This document shows positions 11,821-24,710 of a DNA stretch of 64,000 nt, in pieces. A program made the translations under genes and the position numbers. Origin of the DNA: Leucoraja erinacea (Eukaryota); NCBI RefSeq assembly GCF_028641065.1, contig NC_073384.1, positions 65,906,001 through 65,970,000 of the forward strand, given 5' to 3'. Below the pieces are notes generated by a model that saw nothing but the letters and a program-made list of their open reading frames with translations, searched no databases and was not told the origin of the DNA. The number at the start of each line of letters is the position of its first letter. Position 1 is the stretch's first letter.

Positions 11821-12224
11821 TCAGCCTGAATTGATTGAGGTGATTGAAGAATCCAAACTCATCAAGCGTTTTGACAAAATGAATATAGAAAGGTTGTGTC
11901 TGTTGGCAGAATTAAGGTCATTGGGAAAAGAACCTGGTGACATAAAGAAATTATATTTCAAGCAACAAGCAATCATGATCTGGAAATCGTACCTGAAAGG
12001 TTTTCAAAGTGGATTTAGTCATTGGTTTCAAAAGAGAATTGGATAGATACTTAATGAGAAATTAATTTCAAGGCAGCTTAAAGAGCTGGGGAATGGAACC
12101 TGTGGATATCCAGGAAGGGATTGATGGGATAAATTATCTCCTTCCAATGAAGTGATAATTCCAGCATTTTTAATTTTATTTTTTGGTTTATTTTTGGTCC
12201 TAGCAATAAGTAGAAGAATCAATA

Positions 12225-12690
12225 GTTCAATGCTTCAATGGTACTTTATTGTCATTTGCACCTAAATACAGGGACTTTATTTTTTTGCATTCAGGTTAAT
12301 GGCAATCCTACTATATTTTAGGCACAGTCATACATTTTAGGCATCATCTTGTACCTTTCAAGTCTGAATTGTTTTAATGAGTGTTAGAGGCCTGTTTCTG
12401 CTGGCAGTGGCACTGGGTTGGTGTAACAGGGGCCGGCCTGGCCACACGATGTGTCGATGTTCTCGACCACTGCTCCATCACTCTGTGGCGCTGCAAGCCA
12501 CGTCCGTTCCATGTGCTCAGCCACAAAGGAGCAGCATCCTATCTAATGGAGCCCCAGGCTGCTTCAGGCCCACCAGCGGCCCACTCCACCAACTCAACCA
12601 CTCGTCATCTGCCCACAAACACGCCGTCAAGACACTAGGTCTACGGTAGACCAGTAAATATCCCGCCAGCACTCATAATGAAAAACAGTG
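12225..12690 (-). mobile_element. Rex1-type non-autonomous element
   Basis: Minus-strand ATGACAATAAAGTACCATTGAA tail plus a GC-rich body. Confidence 0.5.
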
Positions 12691-12837
12691 ACATCTGAAA
12701 ATCAGAAAAAAACAAACTGTAGAAGCTGGAAATGTGCATTAAAAACTGAAAATGCTTTAAACACTCAACAGGTCAGGCAGCATCTGTGGGAAGAGAAACA
12801 GTTAATATTTAAGGTTCAAGATTAGGTAACCCCTTTA

Positions 12838-13700
12838 TAGGGTATGTTACAAAACCTACCTGAATTGCCATTGTGAATCTGCCCTCAGCCAGGTCGGCGA
12901 TTTTGGCGCTGTTTGGAGGGGGCGGGTTTAAAACGCGATTTTTACTAGGCTGTACTAATCGCAGATGTTCAGCCTAGTAAATCATTAACGAAAAATCGCT
13001 GCAAGACCCGGTCGCAAAAGGTATTATTAGTTTTATAGGCCTCGATAATATAGTTATGATAATTTTAAAATTACTGTTTTATTCCGCGACCTCTAGCAGC
13101 CCCAGGGTTTTATAGAGCAAACAATTAAAGGTATGTACCTTATTTTTACATTAAATGGGGCATATATATAACCCTGTAATTAAAGTTATCTATAGCGAGT
13201 GGTTCATTTTGGGCTTTTTATATCCCGCAGTATTTTTCTCGGCATTTGAGGGCACTAATCTAGCGCGCTGTCAACATTCTAAACCAGCGCGTTCACAGAA
13301 ACCCACTGGAAAGCCGATTTAAATGGGCATTTATTTACAGCAATTGAACACTAAATTCCTTCCATTTGGCCTATAAATTAATGTAAATTAGATATAAAAA
13401 TCATGTTATATTGTGAATTATTTGTGAATAATCTTTGGACACTTAGGCTATTTAAAAATGTTAATCTTTCCTTAAGAAATGGCCTGTTGACTATCCAAGA
13501 TCACAGCTTTTTTGTAATGTCCATTGAAAATCAATAGGGAACAAGATGCTAATTTCCGAGTATGAAAATGGCCATAACTTTTTTAATACTTGAGATATGA
13601 AAGTGAATTTGGTGTCAAATTAAACTTATTGTTATGCTTTATCTGATGGGATAAATTGCAGACTTGACTTTTAAAATCTCAAAATTTTGTAACATTGCTA
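12838..13700. mobile_element. Non-autonomous DNA transposon, TAG...CTA ends, 6-bp TSD
   Basis: Imperfect TIR TAGGGTATGTTACAAAA / TTTTGTAACATTGCTA; CCTTTA at 12832-12837 and 13701-13706. Confidence 0.75.
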
Positions 13701-14451
13701 CCTTTATTGCAGGGGAAGCCTTGAGGGAGGGAAACACCCTAAACATCTTCTTCTACACCCACCAATTCAAAATTGATTTTGACCTCAACTTGATGAAATT
13801 GTGAGCTGACATTGGTGATGCAAGACCACTGGGCACTGAAACCAAAAGAGCAGTGAAATCAACTATCCATCTCCATCAAGTTATAACGATGAGACTTACC
13901 AACTGAGGAAATGCAGGGACATCTGAAGATAGTGAATTGGAGGTCCAGAAAAACTGTAATGAGAAAGAAAGATAGGTTTAAAAACAGAAAGGAAAACTAT
14001 TAGTGGGGAAGGATGAAGTGCAAATGAGCAGAAGTATAAAGACTAGATTTATTTTAAATCTCAAAACTCTGGCAGAATTAGACTCAATAATTTACCCCCT
14101 TTTAATGAGATAGAATCATTCATTGATCAATACAGCACAAAACAGGCTTTTCAACCAAGTTGGCACATTGGACCAGTCCCATTTGCCTGCATTTGGCCCA
14201 TTGCCCTCTAAACCCTCCTCTCCATATATCTGTCCTAATGTCTTTAATAAAGAGATTTGTTGGCATTGCATTTTCTAAATCGCATTATTAAAGGGAGACT
14301 TACGTATTAATTATGAGGCCTAAATTCCCACAGAGATTAGTGGCTAATTAATTTGCAGTTTTCGCAAGCTAATAAAAATAAGTGCACTGGACAGATTGCT
14401 GTTTATACAGGGCAGACGGTAAGCTAGCCAATACTTCAGGGAGGTTTGTAA

Positions 14452-15013
14452 AGGGGCTGTCCCACTGCGGCAACCTAATTCGTGAATTTAGGAGAGTTTG
14501 AAAAAATGTCATGTTGAAGAACTCCTTCAACTAGGGAGAAGACCTCCTTCGACATCCTTCGACTATGTTGAAGACTAGCTTCAACTAGCTTCGACCAGCT
14601 TCGGGAAAATTGGACACCGAATAGTGGAGAGTGAAGATGACCTCCTTCGATCTCCTTCGACCTCCCTTCGACTATGTTGAAGACTATCTACGACTACCTT
14701 CGACTACCTTAGATTACCTTTGACTACCCTCGATTATCTATGAATAACATGCCGACCTACTTCGACTAAACCTAAGAGTAAAAAAAGTATTCATTTTTTC
14801 CATGGAGACCTTTTTTTACTCGCGGGCATTTTTCAACATGTTGAAAAATACGCCGCGGCCTAGCTGAGGCCTCGAGTACGCGGGGACCACTCTCGAGCAT
14901 GAAGAAGAGTTACAAAGACCTCCTATGACCTCGTGTCGACCATGCTGCGAGTATGAGTCGAGGGCAAACTCGCCAGAACTCGCGGATTATGTCACCGCAG
15001 TGGGACAGCCCCT
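14452..15013. mobile_element. PIF/Harbinger-like MITE, family A
   Basis: TIR AGGGGCTGTCCCACTGCGG; TAA TSD; internal CGACTA/CGACCT repeats. Confidence 0.85.
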
Positions 15014-15323
15014 TAAATCTACAACTTCTGAAACGGGTGGCAAATTTGTGCATTAATAATTGACTACTCTACAGGAACAGAAGAAGGCACATTAGTACCT
15101 CAGCTTGCTCTGCCATTCAACATGACCAAGGCTGGTCTGATCTTAGTTTCAACTCCACTTTCCTGGTCTCTCCCAACACCCCTGGAGTTCCTTGACGTTT
15201 AAATGTCTGTCATTCTTTTGAATATATTCAAGGTCTCCATCACCACAACTTTCTGGAGTAGCAACCAACCTAGTGAACCTCATTTGTGCTGCTGCTGCTA
15301 ATACGGCTTTTACTTTGATATAC

Positions 15324-15374
15324 TAGAGTGCATGCTTGTCATGTGTGAGGCCCTGGGTTCAATTCCCGGCATCT
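15324..15374 (+). pseudogene. 5'-truncated tRNA-Ala-like sequence with GTC at the anticodon position
   Basis: TAGAGTGCATGCTT-GTC-ATGTGTGAGGCCCTGGGTTCAATTCCCGGCATCT aligns to the vertebrate tRNA-Ala body; A box and 5' acceptor strand missing. Confidence 0.65.
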
Positions 15375-15837
15375 TTACACTTTTTACTTGTTGCACTCAT
15401 GTATTGCCTGAGTGTACTTGGGTATATTATGATTTGGCCGGATAGCACTCAAAGTTTTTCAAGGTATCTCGGTACACATGACCATAGTAAATTCATACCA
15501 ACACCATTCGTTGACCACATCCACTGGCCATTACCAAACCACCTGATGGTAAGAACTGCAAAAGCAGCCTCCTGCAATGTGGTGACAACTGGAATAGCAA
15601 GGCTTCAGTGCAGAGTAGGCCTCAAGTGATTTATTGCTGAGACCTTTGGCAGGAAAAAAAGTTTAGGAAAATCTTAACCCTGTCAAAGTTGTCACCACTT
15701 TGTTGATGTTTTTAAATGTCTGATATTTATAGGCTATTAAAACTATTGACTATTTTAAATAAATAATGAAATAAAAGATATTCAAAAAACATAGCTTAAT
15801 AATAAAATTAAACAGATTAAAACTGTAAGATAAATAA

Positions 15838-16060
15838 GGTGGTGGAGGACGGGCCGGCGGAGGGTGCGCTACCCAGAATAAAGGGGAACCATGCATGGGG
15901 AGACCGTCGAGAGAACAAAGAGGGATCATTGGGGACTAAATGTAATACTTTGTAAATTTGTCGGTGCCCTCTATGTGGTGACGCTTTGCATAGTTGTGCA
16001 AGCACAACAAAGAATCTCCCTGTGACTTGTCACATGTGACAATAAAGTATAATTCATTCA
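15838..16060 (+). mobile_element. Rex1-type 3' end
   Basis: CTGTGACTTGTCACATGTGACAATAAAG tail followed by TTCA repeats. Confidence 0.6.
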
Positions 16061-16610
16061 AATAAAATAAGAAAAAAAAACATGAACATACATGCCTATT
16101 CCCAATCAATCCACAGGATCAGGAATCTCCATTGCAATGAAAGTTTTTGTCATTCAGTGCCAGATCGGATTGGCAGAGGATGGCAGTGACAAATTCTCCT
16201 GCACAATGCTGAGGAACCATCGCATGATTGGACTCCATTATTGGATTCCACATGATAACCAGCGCAATAGCAACCATTGCTCTGCACATTCTAATTTACA
16301 GTGGACAGACACACAGTGCTGGAGTAATTCAGCGGGACAGGCAACATCTCTGGAGAGAAGGAATGGGCGACGTTTCGGGTCGAGACCCTTCTTCTGACTC
16401 ATGGGAGAGGGAGATACAGAGCTAAGGAAGTGTAAGTCATGAGAACAAATATTGAAAAACAGTGTGAATACTGACTTCTCTAACTCCAAGTAACCCTTGC
16501 TTTCCCTCTCTCTCCATCCATCCCCCTTCCGAGTTCTCCAACCAGTCTGACTGTCCCCCAATCACATTTAATCTCTGTTTGCTTCATTGTCACCTTCACC
16601 TAGCTGACAA

Positions 16611-17642
16611 TCTATACTATTACTAAACTCTCATCTTGACCACTTGTAATTAAATTTGCGCAAAAACGATCCCCCATAGCGCTATGATTTTTTGCCACCT
16701 TACTCACCATTCACCTCTGCTGCAAGTCAAATAAGTTTTGTTCCGATTGGTGAAATAATACAAAAATTATGAAGGTTTAAAAATCGTAAAAACCGCCCCT
16801 TCCGGAACCCGTTGTCAATAACGCGGTGAGGAGAATGAAAAGCTGAAGGAGCGGAGTGTGTTGAGCAGCTCATGGAGAGCGAGCAGTCTGCGGGCTGCTC
16901 TGCGGCGACCAGCACGACCGGCCGGATGCTGCTGAGTTGAACCGGAAGCCTCTGAGTGAAGCCGGAGTGGGACCGGGATCTGCTGCGTGAGGCTGAAGGT
17001 GCGGGGTGAGCAGAGTGCGAGCCCCTCTTCCCCCCCCCCCCCTTCCCCCCCCCCCTTCCCCACACCCCTCTTGCCCCACCCCACCCTTCTCCCGCCCCCC
17101 CCCCCCCCCCCCCCCCCCTTCCCCACACCCTCTCCCCCCACCCCACCCTTCTCCACGCCCCCTTCCCCACCCCCCTCCCCCACCCCTCCCCCACAACTCC
17201 CCCCTTCCCCACACCCCCCCCTTTGCCACACACCCCCCCCCCCACCCCCCCTTCCCCACACCCCACACTCCCCCACACTCTCCCATTCCCACACACCCCC
17301 CACTTCCCCATATCCCCCCCCTTCCACACATCCCCCCCCCCCCCCACACTCCCCCATTCCCCACCCCCCCCCACACACTCTCCCATCCCCCACAACCCCC
17401 CTTCCCCACACCCCCTCCCCTTCCCCACACCCCCCCCTTCCCCACACCCCCACACCCCCTTCCCTCCTCCACAAATCCCCCTCCCCCACACACACGTCCT
17501 CCCCTATACCTCCCTCCCCTGGACACCCCCCCACCCACACCCCCTTCCCTTTGTTGTGGAATATTGCGTTGGGGAATGGGTTGCGTTGGGGGGGACCAGG
17601 CCTCCCGTGTGACTGGGACCCAACGGCTCCCACTTAATCTAG
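16611..17642 (+). mobile_element. Non-autonomous Helitron
   Basis: Inserted at A^T with no TSD; 5' TCTATACTAT; 3' hairpin TGGGACCCAACGGCTCCCA (17614-17632) then CTAG; PLE sequence is continuous across the site. Confidence 0.85.
17024..17550 (+). repeat. C-rich low-complexity minisatellite (G-quadruplex-prone on the minus strand)
   Basis: Degenerate CCCCTTCCCCACACCC units. Confidence 0.9.
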
Positions 17643-18669
17643 TCTATTCTATATTTTCCTTGATCTATATCCCCTTTGTCTAATTTTCACGCCTTACACT
17701 ACCTTATCTCTGTATCTCCCTCTCCCCCAACCCTTAATGAAGAAGGGTCCCGACCCAAAATGTCACCCATTCCTTCTCTCCAGAGATGCTGCCTGTCCTG
17801 CTGAGTTACTCCAGCATTTTTTTGTCTATCTTCAGTTGAAACCAGCATCTGTAATTCCTTCCTGCTAATTTACAGTAGCTTGGGGAAATCTGAATCTCAC
17901 TCTGGTATAGATGAACATTGATAGTTCCCTTCAGAATCACCAGCCTCAGACCAATTGCCTTTCAGCAGCAAATATCTTTGAAGCAATTAAATAACCTACA
18001 TCTATGATTATTTGAGCTTATGATATATATAGTTTCACTGGAGATTAAAGATCCTTAAAAGAAACATTAAAAAGTTACTAAATGGTAAGCACCTTACTCG
18101 AAAAGCAATTGAATTATATCAATTATTTAGCATGGTAAGAATGGTATATTGATTACTTTAAGTTAATTTGGATGACTGTAATTAAATTACCAATTACATG
18201 TTACTGTTGTAATTGTCATGGTTACTTTTATCTTGTAATTGCTACAAGCATTGAATATACTACTTGGCCGTAACCTCTGTGTAAATTAGACCCTATTTCA
18301 AATGAATTTAAATAAGCAACATTTCAGCTAATCCATCACTTTTAGTCCGTTAGGATAAATGCTTAACAATTTTGTTCATATTTTTCATCAAACAGTTTTG
18401 CATTCTACCCGTTAAATTGGATTGAATTGTTTGATTACTTCAACAAATTTATGATGTCAGTATTTCTTCCTACAATTAGGATGCAGAATATGGTCTGTCT
18501 CAGGATTTATTTACTATCTCGGAAACGAACATGCTGTTCTCTCTATATCCATTAGTGTGTTCATTCTGTGGTCACATTGTGATTCTGTTCGTACTGGCTG
18601 TTCAACATATTAACATTGTCACGGACATCCAATCTACAGCAAGTCATAAAGAATTAAAAATAGTTTTAA

Positions 18670-18980
18670 CTAGACCAACTGGACCCTGTCACATGGGAGG
18701 CCTGGTCCCACAATGCAACCCGTTCCCCAACGCAATATTGGACCACTAACCCATAGCCCCCATGGGAGGCGAGGTCCCCCAACTGAAGGCATTCCCGAAC
18801 ATAAGATTCCAGCACTCCCCTGCCTCCCTCAGCTGTGAACTTTAAAAATAAATTCCAATTGCACCTTCCCTGCCTGCTGCAGCATTTCCAATTGCAATAA
18901 CAATTGGCGCTCCCCCTCCTGTTGAACGACTAAGTTTAGAGTGTTCCTGTCTTGCAACTTTGTATCGAAGTGTGTTGGAA
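18670..18980 (-). mobile_element. Second Helitron, 3' end, same family
   Basis: CTAG at 18670-18673; ~80 bp match the 3' end of 16611-17642 in inverted orientation. Confidence 0.7.
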
Positions 18981-18991
18981 GTTTGTCTTCT

Positions 18992-20811
18992 CCTATCGTA
19001 GGTGCTGTTGTAGGTTGTCACCAGGATGACGCCGGTTGTCAGCAGTTGATGGAGGTTGTCGCCGGGTGATGACCGGTGAATTCCATTGGTAACTACCTAC
19101 GTCAATGTTCCAATGTTCAATAGATTCAGGATCAGTTCCTGTGGATTGGAGGATAACTAATGTTATCCCACTTTTCAAGAAAGGAGCGAGAGAGAAAACA
19201 GGGAATTACCAGTTAGCCTGACGTTGGTGGTGGGAAAGATGCTGGAGTCAATTATTAAAGAGGTAATAATGGGGCATTTGGATAGCAGTAAAAGGATTAG
19301 TCCAAGCCAGCATGGATTTATGAAAGGAAAATCATGCCTGACTAATCTTCTGGAATTTTTTGAGGATGTGACAAGTAAAATGGATGAACGGGTGCCAATG
19401 GATGTAGTGTATCTAGACTTTCAGAAAGCCTTTGATAAGGTCCTGCACGGGAGACTGGTGACTAAAATTAAAGCACATGGTATTGGGGGTAGGGTGTTGA
19501 CATGAATAGAAAATTGGTTGACAGACAGGAAGCAAAGAGTAGGAGTGAACGGGTCCTTTTCAGAATGGTAGGCAGTGGCGAGTGGAGTGCCGCAGGGCTC
19601 GGTGTTGTGGCCGCAACTGTTTACCATATATATTAATGATTTGGAAGAGGGAATTATGAGCAACGCTAGCAAGTTTGCGGATGACACAAAGCTGGGTGGC
19701 ATTGTGAACTGTGAAGAGGATGTTAGGAGGTTGCAGGGTGACCTGGACAGGTTGAGTGAGTGGGCAGATGCGTGGTAGATGCAGTATAATATAGATAAAT
19801 GTGAGGTTATCCACATTGGCGGCAAAAACAAGGGGGCAGATTATCATCTCAATGGGGTTAGGTTAGGTAAGGGGGAGGTACAGCAAGACCTGGGCGTCCT
19901 TGTACACCGGTCACTGAAAGTTGGCTTACAGGTACAGCAGGCAGTGAAGAAAGCTAATGGAATGTTGGTCTTCATAACAAGAGGATTTCAGTATATGAGT
20001 AAAGAGGTTCTTCTGCAGTTGTATAGGGCCAGATGTGAGACCACATCTGGAGTATTGTGTACAGTTTTGGTCTCCTAATTTCAGGAAGGACATCCTTGTG
20101 ATTGAGGCAGTGCAGCGTAGGTTCACGAGATTGAACCCTGGGATGACTGGACTGTCATATGAGGAAAGATTTAAAAGACTAGGCTTGTATTCACTGGAGT
20201 TTAGAAGGATGAGGGTGGATCTTATAGTAACATTTAAAATTATAAAAGGACTGGACAAGTTAGATGCATGAAAAATGTTCCCAATGTTGGGCGAGTCAAG
20301 AACAGGGGCCAGAATCTTAGAATAAAGAGGAGGTCATTCAAGACTGAGGTGCGAAAAAACTTTTTCACCCAGAGAGTTGTGAATTTATGGAATTCCCTGC
20401 CACAGAGGGCAGTGGAGGCCAAGTCACTGGATGGATTTAAGAGAGAGTTAGATAGAGCTCTAGGGGCTAGTGGAGTCAAGGGATATGGGGAGAAGGCAGG
20501 CACGGGTTATTGATAGGGGACGATCAGCCATGATCACAATTAATGGCGGTGCTGACTCAAACGGCCGAATGGTCTCCTCCTGCACCTATTTTCTATGTTT
20601 CTATGTCAACCTACGTCTACAGGCGACAGATACCGGCGACTGAATTGTCCTCAGTTGTCGCCAACAGGGTCATAGCTTGTCGTAGCTTGTCCTGGGTGGA
20701 CCTAGGTTGATTTTAGTTGTCGCCTGTGTGGTCGTAGGTGTACGTCCTAATGGGTCATCGGTTATCGGTAGCTTGGCAGTCACCGAAAAAATTGCCTGTG
20801 GGACAGGCCCT
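18992..20811. mobile_element. Harbinger-like MITE family C (left TIR lost) interrupted by CR1
   Basis: Right TIR GTGGGACAGGCCCT-TTA; GTTGTCG repeats on both sides of the CR1. Confidence 0.7.
19106..20604 (+). mobile_element. CR1 LINE, 1.5-kb 3' portion with disrupted RT
   Basis: QHGFMKGKSC, LDFQKAFDKV, GVPQGSVL, KFADDTK motifs; TTCTATGT tail; GTCAA duplication at 19101-19105 and 20605-20609. Confidence 0.95.
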
Positions 20812-21446
20812 TTATTCATTCACATGGAATCTGCCTCCAAGATTTCCATGTATATCAGCCTCCACAACATTGAAAGCCACAAGGCTGTCTACCTTCCACT
20901 AGATCATCATGCACACTGTTAGCTGTGTCATTATTATGTAATAGGAATGTAACCCCACAGCACCATCCTCTACCTCCTCATCCTGACTGGTTACTTCACC
21001 ACAACAAAGGAAAATGGTATACGTATAGAACCATATGAAAATGGTTCTATACGGTTGCACAAGACTTTGGTGAGACTGCATTTGGAGTATTGTGTTCAAT
21101 GTTGGTCACCCTGCTATAGGAAGGATGTAGATTTATAGTAAAAGGGACTGTTTTAATGATTAAATTGTATAATTTACAGTCTTCATATGAAATTCTATCA
21201 CACTAGGATCTTTCTTATTTGGAGGCCTCTTAACTAATTATTCTGTGTATTAATTAGCCCTTTCCCCTTGCACAATACTCGATCTGAAATAGCCTGTTTT
21301 GTTAATGGTTCCTTAAGATATTGACCTAGAAAACTGTCTCCTATACCCTCCGGGAATTTTGTTCTCCATTGTCTTTGCCATACAGAAAATGTACCCTTTT
21401 TATCTTTGTAATATCTTCATGAATGCGTTGAGACTAAATATATCCT

Positions 21447-22417
21447 TAGATATATTTAATGATGACAAGACAGAGGTAATGATCTTTGGTGGCACCTCTG
21501 GGGCCCCCCCTGTTGATCTAGGCTCTTTGTCTGCATATCTCAAACCTAACATCACGAACCTGGGGATTAAAGTGGACCCTGAGCTTAGATTTGACTGTCA
21601 GGTGAGGGCTGTTGTTAAATCTGGTTTTTTTCATCTGAGGCAGCTGGCAAAAATAAAGCCGATTTTGTCAAGGAAGCACTTTGAGACGGTAATCCATGCC
21701 TTTGTTACCACCCGGCTGGATTACTGCAATGCACTGTATCTGGGGGTTAGTCGGTCCTCCATCGCCCGTCTCCAGATGGTACAGAATGCAGCTGTTCGTC
21801 TCTTGACAGGCACACGAAAGCATGATCATGTTTCTCACCTTTTGGCCTTTCTCCACTGGCTGCCTATTCAGTATAGGATTCGTTTTAAAATTATTTTATT
21901 TACTTTTAAATCCCTAAGTGGTCTTGCCCCGTCCTACCTATCTGAGCTTCTTCACCCTTATTCGCCCTCCCGCTCTCTCAGGTCAGATGATCAGCTGCTC
22001 CTGATTGAGCCAAAGACTAAGCGGAAGCTCAGAGGGGACCGTGCCTTTGCTGTGTCGGCTCCGAGATTGTGGAATGAATTGCCTCTGCACGTTAAACAGG
22101 CCCCTTCTCTAGCTGTTTTTAAATCACTCCTGAAGACATATCTATTCTCCATGGCCTTTGTAGACCAGTGAGGTGTCGAATTGTTTATTAACTTTATTTG
22201 CTTGGTTTTGCTGCGTTGTTTGTACTTGTGTTTTATGTTTTTTAATTTATTGTTTGGATTTTTGTATGTAATTTATGCGCCTCGTGTTAGTTGTATGTTC
22301 TGTTGTTCTGCCTGTTTTATGATGTCTTGCTTGTTTTCTTTTTTCTGTACAGCACTTTGGTCAGCTTTGGTTGTTTTTAAGGTGCTTAACAAATAAAGTT
22401 ATTATTATTATTATTAT
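21447..22417 (+). mobile_element. L2 LINE 3' portion, young, teleost-like
   Basis: Open ~238-aa C-terminus FNDDKTEV..RLDYCNAL..LHWLP..GDRAF..LWNELP to the stop at 22171; tail CAGCACTTTGGTCAGC..AAATAAAG(TTA)n; TATATCCT duplication. Confidence 0.9.
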
Positions 22418-22489
22418 TATATCCTCGACGGAGGTTTATTTAATAACGGTGAATACTGTTCACACATTGAGACTGAAGATGAATGCCTT

Positions 22490-22990
22490 CTGCACACCTT
22501 ACACTTCCTTATCTCTGTGTCTCTCTCTCCACTGACTCAAGGGCCTGTCCCACTGTACGAGATAATTCAAGAGCTCTCCCGAGATAAAAAAAAATCAAAC
22601 TCGTGGTAAGCACGTAGAATGTATGTAGCGGGTAAGTCGGAACTCGGGACGTCTCTTAGCGGCTCGTAACGCTGACGGCAGGTACTCGGGAAATGCGGTA
22701 AGCTTGTGAAGACTCGTGAAGATTTTTCAACATGTTGAAAAATGTCCACGAGAGCCCCGAGTACCTACAAGCGGCTATTACCGTAATTCTCCGAGTTCGA
22801 ATCGGGGGAAACTCGAGAGAACTCTCGAATTAGCTCGTACTGTGGGACAGGCCCTTCAGTCTGAAGAAGGGTCTCGACCCGAAATGTCACTCTTTCCTTC
22901 TATCCAAAGATGCTGCCTGTCCCACTGAGTTACTCCGGCATTTTGTGTCCATCGTTGGTGTAGACCAACATCTGCAGTTCCTTCCTACAC
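22490..22990 (+). mobile_element. PLE pLTR with hammerhead (22861-22888), interrupted by a MITE
   Basis: CTGAAGAAGGGTCTCGACCCGAAATGTC. Confidence 0.8.
22540..22855. mobile_element. Harbinger-like MITE, family B
   Basis: TIR AGGGCCTGTCCCAC; TCA TSD. Confidence 0.85.
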
Positions 22991-23839
22991 ATACTCTTTC
23001 TCAGGCAGTTACAGGCTCTATATGGTTTGACTATCAATTTACATCCAATTGTAAAATCTACACTATTCCCTCCCTGGTTACTGAAAGTTTTGACTACGGT
23101 CTCCAACGTCTGAGCTCCCAGGGAGGTTGAGGGGCTTTTAATTACATCTGTTCCAATCTACGAATACAAGAGGCTGATTCTTTGCATAAATTTCCTAAGA
23201 ATCTTATTAGCATGCACTGGAATGTAAAACGACTTGTGTAAATTATATGGAAATCAACTAAAACAATCAGGGCCTGAGGAAATTTCAGAACGTTTAACAT
23301 TTATAAGCACCTCTCATGAATCACCGTTATCAGGTAGACTACCTTTTATATGGTTCAGGTATATAAAATGGTCACTAGCGGTGGCTAGTAACTGCCTGTT
23401 TGCCAAGATTTGATCTTAAATTATAGTTTGAAGCCATCGATCATCAATGATAATATAACCTCTTTGTTTTCCACTAGGCAGGATCGGGTAAACTGAAGGG
23501 TCAACTAATCCGCAACATTCTGTATAACAACCAAATGAAATTATTTATAAATAATCATCTTCACTTGCCAGTTGCCAACTACCAAGCTGTAGAAAACCAA
23601 TGCACATGGTAAACTCCTGACTCTGTTTTTTGGTGCTGCAGTTAATAGGCCAGATTTTATAAGCATGTTAGCCTTAAAATCACATTTAGGTTTTTTGTTT
23701 CCACATACAAGCTTGCTGGAAGTGTTAGCATCCTGGGAATAGACATGTTGAATGTATCCCATGTACACATGTGCCCTCTGTTTAATTTTACTATCCTTTC
23801 CTGGAACAAACAGTGCAGAATTGCTGCACAAGAGACTAA

Positions 23840-24379
23840 TGGGCCTGTCCCACTTAGGTGATTTTTTTCAGCGACTGCTGGCGTCTGTCACAGTCATAGC
23901 AGGTCGTAGAAAAACCGTCGACTGGACTCTCCCACGACAATGTCTACAACAACCTACCACCGTCGACGTCAAGCTACGGCAAACTGCCGACAACCGGCGA
24001 CGAATTAGGACGTCCACCTACGACCACACCTATGACAACCTACGTCCATCCACGACAAGCTACGACAAGGTAAGGCAATTCAGTCGCCGGTACCTGTTGC
24101 CGGTTGACGTAGGTACTCGTCAGCACTGGCAACAACCTACGTCATCCTGGCGACAGCACCTACGTCAGGCTATGATCGTTGGCGTCAAGCCCATAGGCAC
24201 CAAATGTTGCCAAAAAGTTTTGAACATTTCAAAATCCAGCAGCGACCAGAAAAAAGGTACGACTCTTTGGGTGACTGAGGAGACTACTCACGACCATACA
24301 GGCACCACCCCGGCGACTATGTGGCAACAGCCTAGTCGCCTGAAGTCATCTAAAAAATCGCCTAAGTCGGACAGGGGCA
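23840..24379. mobile_element. Harbinger-like MITE, family C
   Basis: TIR core TGTCCCACTTAGG; TAA/TTA flanks; CGACA repeats. Confidence 0.85.
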
Positions 24380-24454
24380 TTAGGATACTGCTTAGTGCAG
24401 AGTTGAACATATCAGGTAACAAATTCAACCTTGATCATCAGTGTCAACACATTT

Positions 24455-24710
24455 AATAGGCATCTGAGGGGTAACTTTTTCACACAAAGTGTGGTGGGTG
24501 TATGGAACAAGCTGCCAGGGGAGGTAGTTGAGGCAGGGACTATCCCAACATTTAGGAAACAGTTAGACAGGTACATGGATAGGACAGGTTTGGAGGGATA
24601 TGGACCAAACGCGGGCAGGTGGGACTCATGTAGCTGGGACATGTTGGCCGGTGTGGGCAAGTTGGGCAGAAGGGCCTGTTTCCACGCTGTATCAATCTAT
24701 GACTCTATGA
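24455..24710 (+). mobile_element. CR1 3' end (subfamily sharing its tail with the V-SINEs)
   Basis: LRGNFFTQSVVGVWNKLP; GAAGGGCCTGTTTCCACGCTGTAT..CTCTATGA tail. Confidence 0.9.

Larger units (their letters stand above)
16303..17864. mobile_element. PLE inverted (pLTR) insertion hosting a Helitron
   Basis: 12-bp TSD CTAATTTACAGT (16291-16302, 17865-17876); decayed hammerheads at 16369-16396 (-) and ~17737-17764 (+). Confidence 0.8.

Noticed and set aside
16727-17683. Long Gly-rich and Pro-rich ORFs (129-272 aa) in six frames
   Set aside because: Artefacts of the C-rich low-complexity tract inside a Helitron
21359-21446. N-terminal part of the 270-aa ORF as a host-L2 fusion gene
   Set aside because: Fortuitous open flank upstream of a 5'-truncated L2; no supporting signals
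23752-24456. 234-aa ORF
   Set aside because: Runs through a MITE made of stop-poor CGAC repeats; no transposase motifs
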